DNA from: Clostridiales bacterium
GTDB lineage: Bacteria > Bacillota > Clostridia > Peptostreptococcales > Anaerovoracaceae
Length of the DNA: 49,649 nt
NCBI GenBank assembly: GCA_012729355.1
Contig: JAAYDG010000052.1
Coordinates: 1-49,649 of the forward strand
Reading direction: 5' to 3'
This document shows positions 1-8,585 of the stretch, in pieces. The position numbers were made by a program, and so were the translations under genes. The notes under the pieces are model-generated. The model made no database searches, had not been told where the DNA came from, and saw only the letters and a program-made list of their open reading frames with translations. Within the stretch, counting starts at the first letter, position 1, and the number at the start of each line of letters is the position of its first letter.

Positions 1-720
1 GTGTTCATCTTATGGAGGATCGGCAGGTTCTCCTTGTTTGCACAGATGGCGCCGCCGATCACATCGCTGTGGCCGCTCAGAAATTTCGTGGTGCTGTAGA
101 CCACCAGATCTGCGCCAAGATCCATGGGTCGTACCACGGCCGGCGTGGCAAAGGTGCTGTCCAAAATAAACTTGCACCCGTGCTTGTGGGCCACGTCTGC
201 AACCTTTTGGATATCCAGTACGCTCATGAGCGGATTGATGATGGTCTCGCTGTAAATGATCTTGGTGTTGGGGCGAATGTGGTCTTCGATATTTTCTTTT
301 TCGAAATCCACAAAAGTGGTTTCCACGCCGAAGCGGGGCAGTTCGTTCTTCAGATAGTCAAATACGCCGCCGTAGAGGACCGGAGAGGAAATGATGTGAT
401 CACCGGCCTTGACGAAAGACAGAAAAGAGGTGATGATCGCTGCCATGCCGGAGGCGAAGGCCACGGCACCGTCGCAGCCTTCGGCTGCGGCCAGCACTTC
501 GCAGACGCCGTCGGTACCCGGGTTGGTCATTCTGGCGTAGACGTATCCGTCTGCGGTGCCGTCATAGACCCGATCCAACGTGGGCACGTCGTCGAAAGAA
601 AATACGGAACTCATAAAAATCGGGGCGACTTTGGGAACGGCCACGCCGCTCATGACCTTCTTCATAAAATCCACCTCGCCGGAGTGGATGATATTGGTTC
701 GGAATCCCTTTTCTTTCATG
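1..720 (-). CDS. Cys/Met-metabolism PLP-dependent enzyme (trans-sulfuration family; cystathionine synthase/lyase or methionine gamma-lyase type), C-terminal part cut by window edge
   Basis: Absent from the ORF track because it runs off the window. Reverse-complement translation from ATG (720-718) reads MKEKGFRTNIIHSGE...YARMTNPG...AFASGMAAI...YSTTKFLSGHSDVIGG, which contains the PLP-lysine motif of this family. AGGAGGA RBS at 725-731 (minus sense). The + strand ORF 12-743 is its shadow. Confidence 0.85.
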
Positions 721-824
721 GTGATCCTCCTGTGATCCGATAAACAGTAGTGAAACAGATTGCTACATTTCCATTGTACATCAGAAATGCATTACGGTAT
801 AATATATAAATACTATGTAATTAT

Positions 825-839
825 ATAACAATAAGTTAT
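825..839. promoter_or_regulatory. Perfect palindrome ATAAC-N5-GTTAT, candidate LysR-type operator in the divergent control region
   Basis: ataacaataagttat read directly. It abuts the AGGAGGG RBS of the LysR gene inside the 131-nt divergent intergenic region. A TATAAT hexamer lies at 798-803. Confidence 0.3.
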
Positions 840-851
840 CAGGAGGGTGCG

Positions 852-1760
852 ATGACGATTCAGCAGATGCGCTATATCGTGGAAGTAGGCGCCTGGGGAT
901 CCATCAACCGTGCGGCGAAAAATCTGTTTGTCTCACAACCGGCGATCTCCAAAGCGATCCGGGATTTGGAAAAGGATCTGGGTATCCGTATTTTTAACCG
1001 GAACAATGCGAAGCGCCTGCAATTTACCCCGGAAGGCAAAGAACTGCTGCGCTATGCCCGGGAACTCCTGGAACAGGTGAAACAGATCGAAGAACGATTT
1101 GCCGAAAAGAGCCACCGGGAATTTCTGGGCATTGCCGTCAGTTCTCAGCACTACACTTTTGTGGTGCGGGCGATGATCGATTTCATGGACGTGTACCGCA
1201 AAAGTCGCTATGAATTTTTTCTTCGGGAGAGCAAGACCGATCAGATCATCGAAGATGTCTATACGCACCGGAGCAGTCTGGGGATCCTTTCGCTGGTGAA
1301 TTCCACGGAAAAATACATGCGTCAGTACCTTGCAGGCAAAGAATTGGACTTTCACGAACTGAGACGATTCCGGCCCCATGTGTTTCTTCGAAAAGGCCAT
1401 CCGCTGGAAAATCGGGCGGAAGTGACGCTCCAGGATTTGGCCGTCTATCCCTATGTATGTTACGAACAAGACACGGACAGTCAGTATTTTAGGGAAGAGG
1501 CGATCATCCTCAAAGCGGAGCAATCCGTTCAGGTCCTGGAGAGAGCCACCATGAACAACATCATCTGCAACACCGACAGCTACAACATCGGGACGGGATA
1601 CATCGAGCCCAGCGTCACCGACCATCGGCTGACCAGCCTTCCTATCCGGGATCTGCCCTATCGGCTCGTCGTAGGATGGATCCAGTCAAAAAGAGTGGAT
1701 CTGGCGCCGCCGGAGAAAGAATTTATCGAGCGCTGCAGCCGGTATTGCCGGGAAAACTGA
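852..1760 (+). CDS. LysR family transcriptional regulator
   Basis: N-terminal wHTH MTIQQMRYIVEVGAWGSINRAAKNLFVSQPAISKAIRDLEKDLGIRIFNR is the LysR signature. 302 aa. AGGAGGG RBS. Divergent from the PLP enzyme gene. Confidence 0.9.
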   Translation: MTIQQMRYIVEVGAWGSINRAAKNLFVSQPAISKAIRDLEKDLGIRIFNRNNAKRLQFTPEGKELLRYARELLEQVKQIEERFAEKSHREFLGIAVSSQHYTFVVRAMIDFMDVYRKSRYEFFLRESKTDQIIEDVYTHRSSLGILSLVNSTEKYMRQYLAGKELDFHELRRFRPHVFLRKGHPLENRAEVTLQDLAVYPYVCYEQDTDSQYFREEAIILKAEQSVQVLERATMNNIICNTDSYNIGTGYIEPSVTDHRLTSLPIRDLPYRLVVGWIQSKRVDLAPPEKEFIERCSRYCREN

Positions 1761-1791
1761 CGGCTTGCGCAGGAAAAGAGAGGAACCGTTC

Positions 1792-2754
1792 ATGAAAATC
1801 ATCGATATGCACTGTGATACGCTTTTGGAATGTTACCGGAAGAAAAAGCCTTTGCGAAACGGCCCCTACCAAATCAACTTGGAAAAGCTGAAAAGCGGAG
1901 GATGTCTGGCGCAGTGCTTTGCCATTTTTGTTGTTTCCCACGACACGGCAGACCGTTGCGGCGTCAAAGAAACCCCCTACGGATTTTATCGCGAAATGGT
2001 CGACCTGTATCAAAGGGAGATCACGGCGAACCCGGATCTGATATCGCCGGCGCTCTGCGCCGGTGATATCGAAAGCAACCGGTCAAAAGGACGGATGTCT
2101 TCGCTGCTGACTGTAGAGGATGCGGTGGCAGTCGACGGCAGGATCGAGCGCATCGATGAATTTTTCTCCCACGGTGTTCGGATGATGTCGCTCACCTGGA
2201 ATTACGAGAACAGTATCGGGTATCCCAACAGCCCGGACCCTGTCCTCCATGGGAGAAAGCTGAAGCCTTTCGGTGTGGAAGCGGTGGAACGGATGAATGC
2301 GCTGGGGATGATCGTGGATGTATCCCATCTGACGGAAGGAGGATTCGACGATGTGGCGCTGCTGTCCCGCCGGCCGTTCGTTGCCAGTCACTCCTGTGCC
2401 AGAGCGCTGGGGTCTCATCAGCGCAATCTGACAGACAGACAGTTGAAGGTGCTGGGCGAAAAAGGAGGGATCGTCGGGATCAATTTCTGCGCCCAGTTCC
2501 TGGAAGACCATGCTGTGCTGTCATCGATTGATACTATCGTGAGACACATGATCTATATCAGAGATAAAGCGGGAATCGAAGCCCTCGCCTGGGGGTCGGA
2601 TCTGGACGGGATCGACGGCAGCGTTCTGGAATACGGAGACTATGCCGGGTTTCCGCGAATCTTGCACGCGCTGTCCCGCCACTTTACGGAAGATGAGCTG
2701 GAGCGTATCAATCACGGAAACTTCCTTCGGGTCTTCCGGGAAAACGCCGGCTGA
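1792..2754 (+). CDS. Membrane (renal-type) dipeptidase, peptidase family M19
   Basis: MKIIDMHCDTL..., SLTWNYENSIG, VDVSHL and ASHS motifs typical of M19. I prefer ATG 1792 (RBS AGAGAGGAA) over the TTG 1765 start used in the track. Confidence 0.88.
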   Translation: MKIIDMHCDTLLECYRKKKPLRNGPYQINLEKLKSGGCLAQCFAIFVVSHDTADRCGVKETPYGFYREMVDLYQREITANPDLISPALCAGDIESNRSKGRMSSLLTVEDAVAVDGRIERIDEFFSHGVRMMSLTWNYENSIGYPNSPDPVLHGRKLKPFGVEAVERMNALGMIVDVSHLTEGGFDDVALLSRRPFVASHSCARALGSHQRNLTDRQLKVLGEKGGIVGINFCAQFLEDHAVLSSIDTIVRHMIYIRDKAGIEALAWGSDLDGIDGSVLEYGDYAGFPRILHALSRHFTEDELERINHGNFLRVFRENAG

Positions 2755-2762
2755 TCCGTTGC

Positions 2763-2790
2763 AAAAATGCCTCATTCCTGCGGCATTTTT
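2763..2790. terminator. Bidirectional intrinsic terminator between convergent genes
   Basis: aaaaatgcc (2763-2771) pairs with ggcattttt (2782-2790). The A-run and T-run flanks allow function on both strands. Confidence 0.6.
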
Positions 2791-2802
2791 CATGGGTGCG
2801 AA

Positions 2803-4005
2803 TCACTCGTCCTTCGGCGGCCAGTGCCAGGAAAACTCTTCCGTAAAGCGCCGGTCCTCTTCTTCTTTGCGCCGGTCGGATCGGGGAGTTTCCTTTTCTT
2901 GTTCCTGTTCGATCAGATCTGCCAGGCTCAAGGGAGTAAGGGGGAGCGCCTCCGGTCTTTTGACTTCGCGTTCCAGGATTTCTGTGATGTCCTCTTTCTT
3001 GGGGAAAGCTGCTGTCTCCCAGGCCGGCTCCTTGGGAAGATTGTCCCAGGACAGGATCGGTTCGGCGGATTCCGGCAGAGGTTCCTCCCGGACAAAGGAA
3101 GTTGGTTCCGGTTCCGGACTGGGTTCCGGTGCGCGGTCCTCTGTCTGCGGCGAACGCCGGTCCGGCTCGGGATCCGCCATCGCTTCGGCCGTTTCTTCCG
3201 GCAGAGGAGCTTCGTTTTCCCGGATCGCCCCGGCAATCATCGCCATGTCTTCCGTCGACAGTTGCACCGTGGGATCCAACAGCGCTTCTCTGGCTGCTCT
3301 CTGTTTTTCTTTGTTGATTTTACCCTGCCGCTTCTTTTCCTCCGCGCAGGCAGCCGCTGCATCGCGGAGCTCCCGCTTGCGGATTTCCCGTTCGGACCGG
3401 CTCAGTTGACGGAGTTCGTCCCGTTCTTTTCGCTTTGCTTCCGCCAGCGCCTGCTTGGCTTCCACACGCCTCTTGGCTTGCTCGGCTTGCGGCAGGTTCT
3501 CGTGCCGGACCATGTACAGGGCATACACCAGCTGGGACAATCCGTTGAGGATCAGGGCTCCGCCCACCAGCGTCAGTTGATTGGCGGACGCCACCAGACT
3601 GTGCATCAGCATGATCAGCCCGAAAATCGCACTGAGGATCGACAGGGGAAGGATTTTTGCCCAGTTTTTGGCGTCGAAACGGCTCACTGCCAGGCCCTGT
3701 GAAAAGCGAATCAAGCCTGCCGTTGCCAGCCATGCGCCAAAAAACATGGATATAGCCGTATCGGCCACTTCGTTGTTCAGGGTGACAAACCCGAACATGA
3801 GCGTGAGCATCCCCTCGACCAATACCGTCTCCGGCAAACGTTTTTTCCCCGAGACCAGGTATGCGCCGATCAGAAAAACAGCCGACAGGGTCATGGCGAT
3901 AGCCAACACAAAAGCAATGCTTGAAAAAGCACTGCGATAGTATGCCAGGCACCAGGCGCCTGTGGCAGATATGATCATGCCGGACATGACGGTCATTACT
4001 CTCAT
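2803..4005 (-). CDS. Integral membrane protein (DUF308/HdeD-like N-terminal half) with a long charged, low-complexity C-terminal tail
   Basis: ATG at 4005 preceded by GGAGG (track start 4065 is an upstream extension). The first ~190 aa are hydrophobic helices (...GGALILNGLSQLVYALYM...). The remainder is a K/E/R-rich then P/E-rich tail. The DUF308 label is from memory of the family pattern. Confidence 0.75.
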   Translation of the reverse strand: MRVMTVMSGMIISATGAWCLAYYRSAFSSIAFVLAIAMTLSAVFLIGAYLVSGKKRLPETVLVEGMLTLMFGFVTLNNEVADTAISMFFGAWLATAGLIRFSQGLAVSRFDAKNWAKILPLSILSAIFGLIMLMHSLVASANQLTLVGGALILNGLSQLVYALYMVRHENLPQAEQAKRRVEAKQALAEAKRKERDELRQLSRSEREIRKRELRDAAAACAEEKKRQGKINKEKQRAAREALLDPTVQLSTEDMAMIAGAIRENEAPLPEETAEAMADPEPDRRSPQTEDRAPEPSPEPEPTSFVREEPLPESAEPILSWDNLPKEPAWETAAFPKKEDITEILEREVKRPEALPLTPLSLADLIEQEQEKETPRSDRRKEEEDRRFTEEFSWHWPPKDE

Positions 4006-4115
4006 GAACACCTCCGTGCCGAAAAGACACGGACACATTATAAACAAAAGGAAATCGATAGTCAACTTTTGCGCGGATTCGTGTTTTGTGGTATGTTTAG
4101 AAAGGGTGAAAACAC

Positions 4116-5393
4116 ATGGAACATCAACAGGATCACGATATCGTCATCATCGGCGCCGGCGCTTCCGGCCTTATGGCTGCCGCAGCCGCTTCGGAGCACG
4201 TTCCCGGACGTCGTATCCTTGTGCTGGAAAAAAATCCGATCGTCGGAAAGAAGCTGTACGCAACGGGAAACGGCCGGTGTAATTTTTTGAACCGGACTGC
4301 CTGTCCGGCTGACTATTACAGCCGGGAGCGGAGTGCTTCTTCGCTCCGATGGATCCATGCTGCTCTGGAAAATATGCCTCCTTCGGCCCTGGCCAAGATC
4401 TTTCACCGGATGGGTGTGCCTGCGGTCGAGCAGGAAGAGGGGCGCCTCTACCCCCGATCTTTACAGGCCGAAAGCGTAGTCGAAGCCCTTCTTTATACGA
4501 TTCGGTCTGCCGGCGTATCCGTGAGAACAGATGCGGCGGCTGTGGTTTGCCGGCGGACATCCGGGGGTTTTGTCCTTCGGGACATCCTCGGAAACACCTA
4601 TACCGGCGGATGCGTGATACTGGCTACCGGCGGAAAAGCCGGATTGCAGTACGGATCTCAGGGGGACGGTTATCGATTGGCGGATGCGCTGGGGCATCGG
4701 ATCGTGAAGCCCATTCCCGCACTTACTCAAATCCTTCTGGAAGATGCCGATTCGTCGCTCTTCGGTGTCCGGGTACGGGGAGAAGTGAGCCTCTGGCGCA
4801 GCCGGGAGGGGGCAGTGGATCGGATCGCGCGGGACGAAGGGGAGATCCAACTGACCCGGGAGGGTCTATCCGGAATATGCACGTTCAACATCAGTCGGTT
4901 TTATGAGATCGAAGCGGGGGTGGAATACACGGCTCGGTTGGATTTTTTCCCGGAGTATTCGCCGGAAAAAATGCACGCGATACTGGCGGAGCGGCAGCAG
5001 ATGCTTGCCGATCGGCCTGTGGAGACTTTTCTCAAGGGCATGGTGCCCGGGAAGCTGGCCGATGCGCTTCTTCGGGAAGCCGGGGTCGCTTCGGAAGGTG
5101 TCTGCGGAGAACTTTCTTCCGGAGAAGTGCGCGAGATCGCCGAAGTGAGCAAAGGCTACAGGCGGCGCGTGGCGGGCACAAAATCATGGAAGGACGCTCA
5201 GGTGACAGCCGGAGGCGTGAGCCTGGCGGAGGTGGATCCGTCAACGCTCCTGTCAAAATTGGTCCCCGGTCTGTTTTTTGCCGGGGAAATACTGGATGTG
5301 GACGGTCCCTGCGGAGGGTATAATCTCACGTGGGCGTTCGCTTCGGGACGGATTGCGGGGACGGCGGCGGGAGAGATGGTATGCTGCGGCTGA
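4116..5393 (+). CDS. HI0933/BaiN-like NAD(P)/FAD-dependent oxidoreductase
   Basis: DIVIIGAGASGLMAA dinucleotide fold, YATGNGRCNFLN motif, and C-terminal GGYNLTWAFASG typical of the HI0933 family. Confidence 0.85.
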   Translation: MEHQQDHDIVIIGAGASGLMAAAAASEHVPGRRILVLEKNPIVGKKLYATGNGRCNFLNRTACPADYYSRERSASSLRWIHAALENMPPSALAKIFHRMGVPAVEQEEGRLYPRSLQAESVVEALLYTIRSAGVSVRTDAAAVVCRRTSGGFVLRDILGNTYTGGCVILATGGKAGLQYGSQGDGYRLADALGHRIVKPIPALTQILLEDADSSLFGVRVRGEVSLWRSREGAVDRIARDEGEIQLTREGLSGICTFNISRFYEIEAGVEYTARLDFFPEYSPEKMHAILAERQQMLADRPVETFLKGMVPGKLADALLREAGVASEGVCGELSSGEVREIAEVSKGYRRRVAGTKSWKDAQVTAGGVSLAEVDPSTLLSKLVPGLFFAGEILDVDGPCGGYNLTWAFASGRIAGTAAGEMVCCG

Positions 5394-7000
5394 ACGGGAT
5401 CAAACTCGAGCCCGGGGCACCCCGGGATGCGCTGGTTTCCGCCCTATGCAGCATGCTGCGTATCGATCCGGCCGATCTGATCCGGTGGCGGATCGCCAAG
5501 GAATCCATCGATGCCAGAAACAAGGCGCGGATCCTTTGGGTGTACAACGTGGACGTCGAACTTTCTCCGGAGACGGAATGCCGTGTTCTGCGTCGCTACA
5601 GCGGAAAAGAGGCGTGCGTCAGAAAAATCGAAGAGCATCCCTTCGTTCTGCCGAAGCCGGCCCACGCGTTGCTCCACCGGCCCGTTGTCTGCGGGTTCGG
5701 TCCCTGCGGCATTTTTGCCGCCCTGGTTTTTGCCAGATCCGGCCTACGGCCTATCGTCCTGGAACGAGGCGGATCCATGGAAGAGCGGATTCCCGCAGTG
5801 GAAACTTTCTGGGATCGGGGACGGCTGGACCCGAACTGCAATGTTCAGTTCGGAGAGGGCGGAGCGGGTACGTTTTCCGACGGGAAACTGACCACGGGAA
5901 CCGGAGATCCTCTGAATCGGTATATTTTGGAGGAATTGACGGCTGTCGGCGCTCCGGAAGACATTCTGTACAAACAGAAGCCCCATGTGGGGACCGACCG
6001 GCTGCGAACGATCGTCGTCAACCTGAGGAAAGAGATCCTGGCGCTGGGCGGTGAGATCCGGTTCAACACCTGTATGGAAGACATAAAAATACAAAAGGGT
6101 CGTGTGACCGGCATCGGGTTGACAGGCGGAGATTCGATTCCTGCCGACACAGTGGTGCTTGCACTGGGCCACAGTGCCCGGGACAGTTTCAGACACCTGC
6201 ACGAACAAGGTCTCTTCATGGAACAGAAATCCTTTTCCATCGGCGTTCGGATCGAACACCTGCAGCAGGAGATCGACCGGGGACGATACGGCATGCCGGC
6301 CGAAATCGCAAAACTGCCGCCTGCGGAATACAAGCTGGCAGTACGAACGGCGGAAAACAGAGGCGTATATACGTTCTGTATGTGCCCCGGCGGATATGTG
6401 GTGGCTTCCGCTTCCGCGGAAGGAGGCGTGGTGACCAACGGGATGAGTTTCCGCAGCAGAACCGGACGAAATGCCAACGCAGCCGTATTGGTGGACGTGC
6501 GCCCTTCGGATTACCCGTCGGATCATCCGCTGGCAGGAATCGAATTCCAGGAGGAGTGGGAGCAAAAAGCATTCAGGGCCGGCGGCGGCGGATATCGTGC
6601 GCCGGCAGAACGGCTGGGTTCATTTCTGGGGATCGACTCCGATCAGAAAGATTGGTCGGAACAGCTGATGCCCACCTATCGGCCCGGCGTCGCCTGGACA
6701 CGGATCGAGCAGTGTCTTCCGCTCTTTGCAGTGGAGGCTCTGCGTGAAGCATTTCCCCGTTTCGGTCGAATGCTTCCTGGGTTTGACCACCCGGCGGCGA
6801 TCCTCACGGCGCCGGAAAGCAGGAGTTCTTCTCCGGTTCGGATCCGACGAAGCTTGAGCAGAGAAGCGTTGGATGTCCGTGGAGAGGTTGTCAAAGGTCT
6901 CTATCCGGCGGGAGAAGGAGCCGGCTACGCCGGAGGCATCCTGTCCGCTGCGGCGGATGGGATTCACTCAGCGCTGGCCGCTTTGCGCAGCAAGGAGTGA
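5381..7000 (+). CDS. Uncharacterised FAD-dependent protein (COG2509-like NAD(FAD)-utilising dehydrogenase)
   Basis: MLRLNGIKLEPGAP... N-terminus, VVCGFGPCGIFAAL Rossmann motif, FSDGKLTTG and CMCPGGYVV motifs. ATG 5381 with GGGAGAG RBS. Overlaps the upstream stop by 13 nt. Confidence 0.8.
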   Translation: MLRLNGIKLEPGAPRDALVSALCSMLRIDPADLIRWRIAKESIDARNKARILWVYNVDVELSPETECRVLRRYSGKEACVRKIEEHPFVLPKPAHALLHRPVVCGFGPCGIFAALVFARSGLRPIVLERGGSMEERIPAVETFWDRGRLDPNCNVQFGEGGAGTFSDGKLTTGTGDPLNRYILEELTAVGAPEDILYKQKPHVGTDRLRTIVVNLRKEILALGGEIRFNTCMEDIKIQKGRVTGIGLTGGDSIPADTVVLALGHSARDSFRHLHEQGLFMEQKSFSIGVRIEHLQQEIDRGRYGMPAEIAKLPPAEYKLAVRTAENRGVYTFCMCPGGYVVASASAEGGVVTNGMSFRSRTGRNANAAVLVDVRPSDYPSDHPLAGIEFQEEWEQKAFRAGGGGYRAPAERLGSFLGIDSDQKDWSEQLMPTYRPGVAWTRIEQCLPLFAVEALREAFPRFGRMLPGFDHPAAILTAPESRSSSPVRIRRSLSREALDVRGEVVKGLYPAGEGAGYAGGILSAAADGIHSALAALRSKE

Positions 7001-8511
7001 CCCGTCATTTCGAGCGGTACGGACAGATCCATCAGTTCCAGCAATGTGGGGGCAATATCGCCCAAACTGCCTCCGTTTGCCAGCCTGTATTTCCTGTCGT
7101 CCACCAGGATCAGGGGTACCGGCGCTGTGGAGTGCGCTGTCACGGTGTGTCCTTTGCGATCCAGCATATAGTCTGCGTTGCCGTGGTCGGCGGTGATTAC
7201 CGCACGTCCCTTTTGTTTCCGTACCGCATCGACGAGGATCCCGACACACGTATCCACCGTTTCCACGGCGCGCACGGCTGCGTCGATGATCCCGGTGTGG
7301 GCGACCATATCGCAGTTGGCCAGATTCAGAATGATCACATCATAGATCCCCTGCTCGATTTTTTCTGCGGCAGTCCGGGTAATCTCGTATGCGCTCATCT
7401 CCGGTTTTGCGTCGTAGGTCGGGACTTTCGGAGAAGGGATCAGGATCCGGTCTTCGCCGGGATTCGGCCGTTCCACGCCGCCGTTGAAGAAGAACGTGAC
7501 GTGGGCGTACTTTTCTGTTTCTGCGATGCGAAGCTGTTTCTTTCCCAGAGAAGACAGGTATTCTCCCAGCGTATTGCCCAAAGCCTGCGGCGGAAAGGCA
7601 ACATAAACGTTGGGCAGGGTCACGTCGTACTGTGTCAGGCAGACGAAGTGCAGGTTTGGAATCAGGGGACCCCGTTCAAAGTGATCAAAGAGAGGGTCCA
7701 CAAAAGCCCGCGTGATTTCCCGCGCCCGATCCGGGCGGAAATTGAAAAAAATCAGTGCGTCATCCTGTTCGACAACAGCTGCCGGTCTTCCGTTTTCGCA
7801 GACCAGTCCCGGCAGGACAAATTCATCGTTGAGCCCCAAGTCGTAGGATTGCTGAAGAAGTGCTTCCGCGGAGTCTCCGCGGAGCCCGTCGCCCAGCGTA
7901 TAGGCGCAGTAGGCTTTTTCCACACGATCCCACCGGTTGTCCCGGTCCATGGCATAGTATCGTCCGCCGAGGCTTGCGATCTTTCCGTAATTTCGATCTG
8001 CAAGGTTGTTTTCCAGCGCTTTCAGGTAGGTGCGTGCTGTGGTCGGGCCTACATCCCGGCCGTCCAGAATGGCGTGGATGTAAACACGGGACAGTCCGGC
8101 TTGCCCGGCCATGTCCAGGAGCGCATACAGGTGATCGATGTGGGAATGGACACCTCCGTCGGAGAGCAATCCCATCAGATGCAGCGCGGAGTCGTTGCGC
8201 CGAACGTGTTCCACGGCATTCAAAAGAGCAGGATTGCCGAAAAACGAACGGTCGTCGATGTCGTCGCTGATTTTGGTCAACTCCTGCCACACGACTCTGC
8301 CTGCGCCCATGTTCAAATGTCCCACTTCGGAATTTCCCATCTGTCCTTCGGGCAGACCCACCGCCTTGCCCGAAGCCTGTATCGCTGTATGGGGACAGGT
8401 GGCGTATAATTTATCCAGATTCGGCGTGCGCGCTCTGGAAATGGCGTTGCCCGGTCCGTCGGGAGAAAGACCGTATCCGTCCATGATGATCAACAAGGTC
8501 GTTTGTTTCAT
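6964..8511 (-). CDS. gpmI: 2,3-bisphosphoglycerate-independent phosphoglycerate mutase
   Basis: MKQTTLLIIMDGYGLSP...RTPNLDKL...NSEVGHLNMGAGR... ADHGNAD. ATG at 8511 behind GGGAGG. The track start 8616 is an upstream extension. Confidence 0.95.
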   Translation of the reverse strand: MKQTTLLIIMDGYGLSPDGPGNAISRARTPNLDKLYATCPHTAIQASGKAVGLPEGQMGNSEVGHLNMGAGRVVWQELTKISDDIDDRSFFGNPALLNAVEHVRRNDSALHLMGLLSDGGVHSHIDHLYALLDMAGQAGLSRVYIHAILDGRDVGPTTARTYLKALENNLADRNYGKIASLGGRYYAMDRDNRWDRVEKAYCAYTLGDGLRGDSAEALLQQSYDLGLNDEFVLPGLVCENGRPAAVVEQDDALIFFNFRPDRAREITRAFVDPLFDHFERGPLIPNLHFVCLTQYDVTLPNVYVAFPPQALGNTLGEYLSSLGKKQLRIAETEKYAHVTFFFNGGVERPNPGEDRILIPSPKVPTYDAKPEMSAYEITRTAAEKIEQGIYDVIILNLANCDMVAHTGIIDAAVRAVETVDTCVGILVDAVRKQKGRAVITADHGNADYMLDRKGHTVTAHSTAPVPLILVDDRKYRLANGGSLGDIAPTLLELMDLSVPLEMTGHSLLRKAASAE

Positions 8512-8585
8512 TGTGTGCCTCCCTATTTGCTTCATGATATCACAGAACGGGCACATAGTGTATAATGAATCCGGGGAGGAATACG

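Noticed and set aside
12-743. 243-aa ORF on the + strand at the window start
   Set aside because: The opposite strand encodes a PLP enzyme with a clear RBS, start and PLP-lysine motif. The + ORF has no recognisable family features.
721-851. S-box or T-box leader upstream of the Cys/Met PLP gene
   Set aside because: The region is too short once promoter elements for both divergent genes are accommodated. No SAM-riboswitch or T-box consensus sequence is present.
2642-4036. ORFs 2642-3409 (+), 2767-3702 (+) and 3320-4036 (-) overlapping the membrane protein gene
   Set aside because: Their low-complexity Ser/Arg/Gly-rich translations arise from the repetitive, GC-rich tail-coding DNA. Only the 2803-4005 minus frame has an RBS, TM helices and coherent composition.
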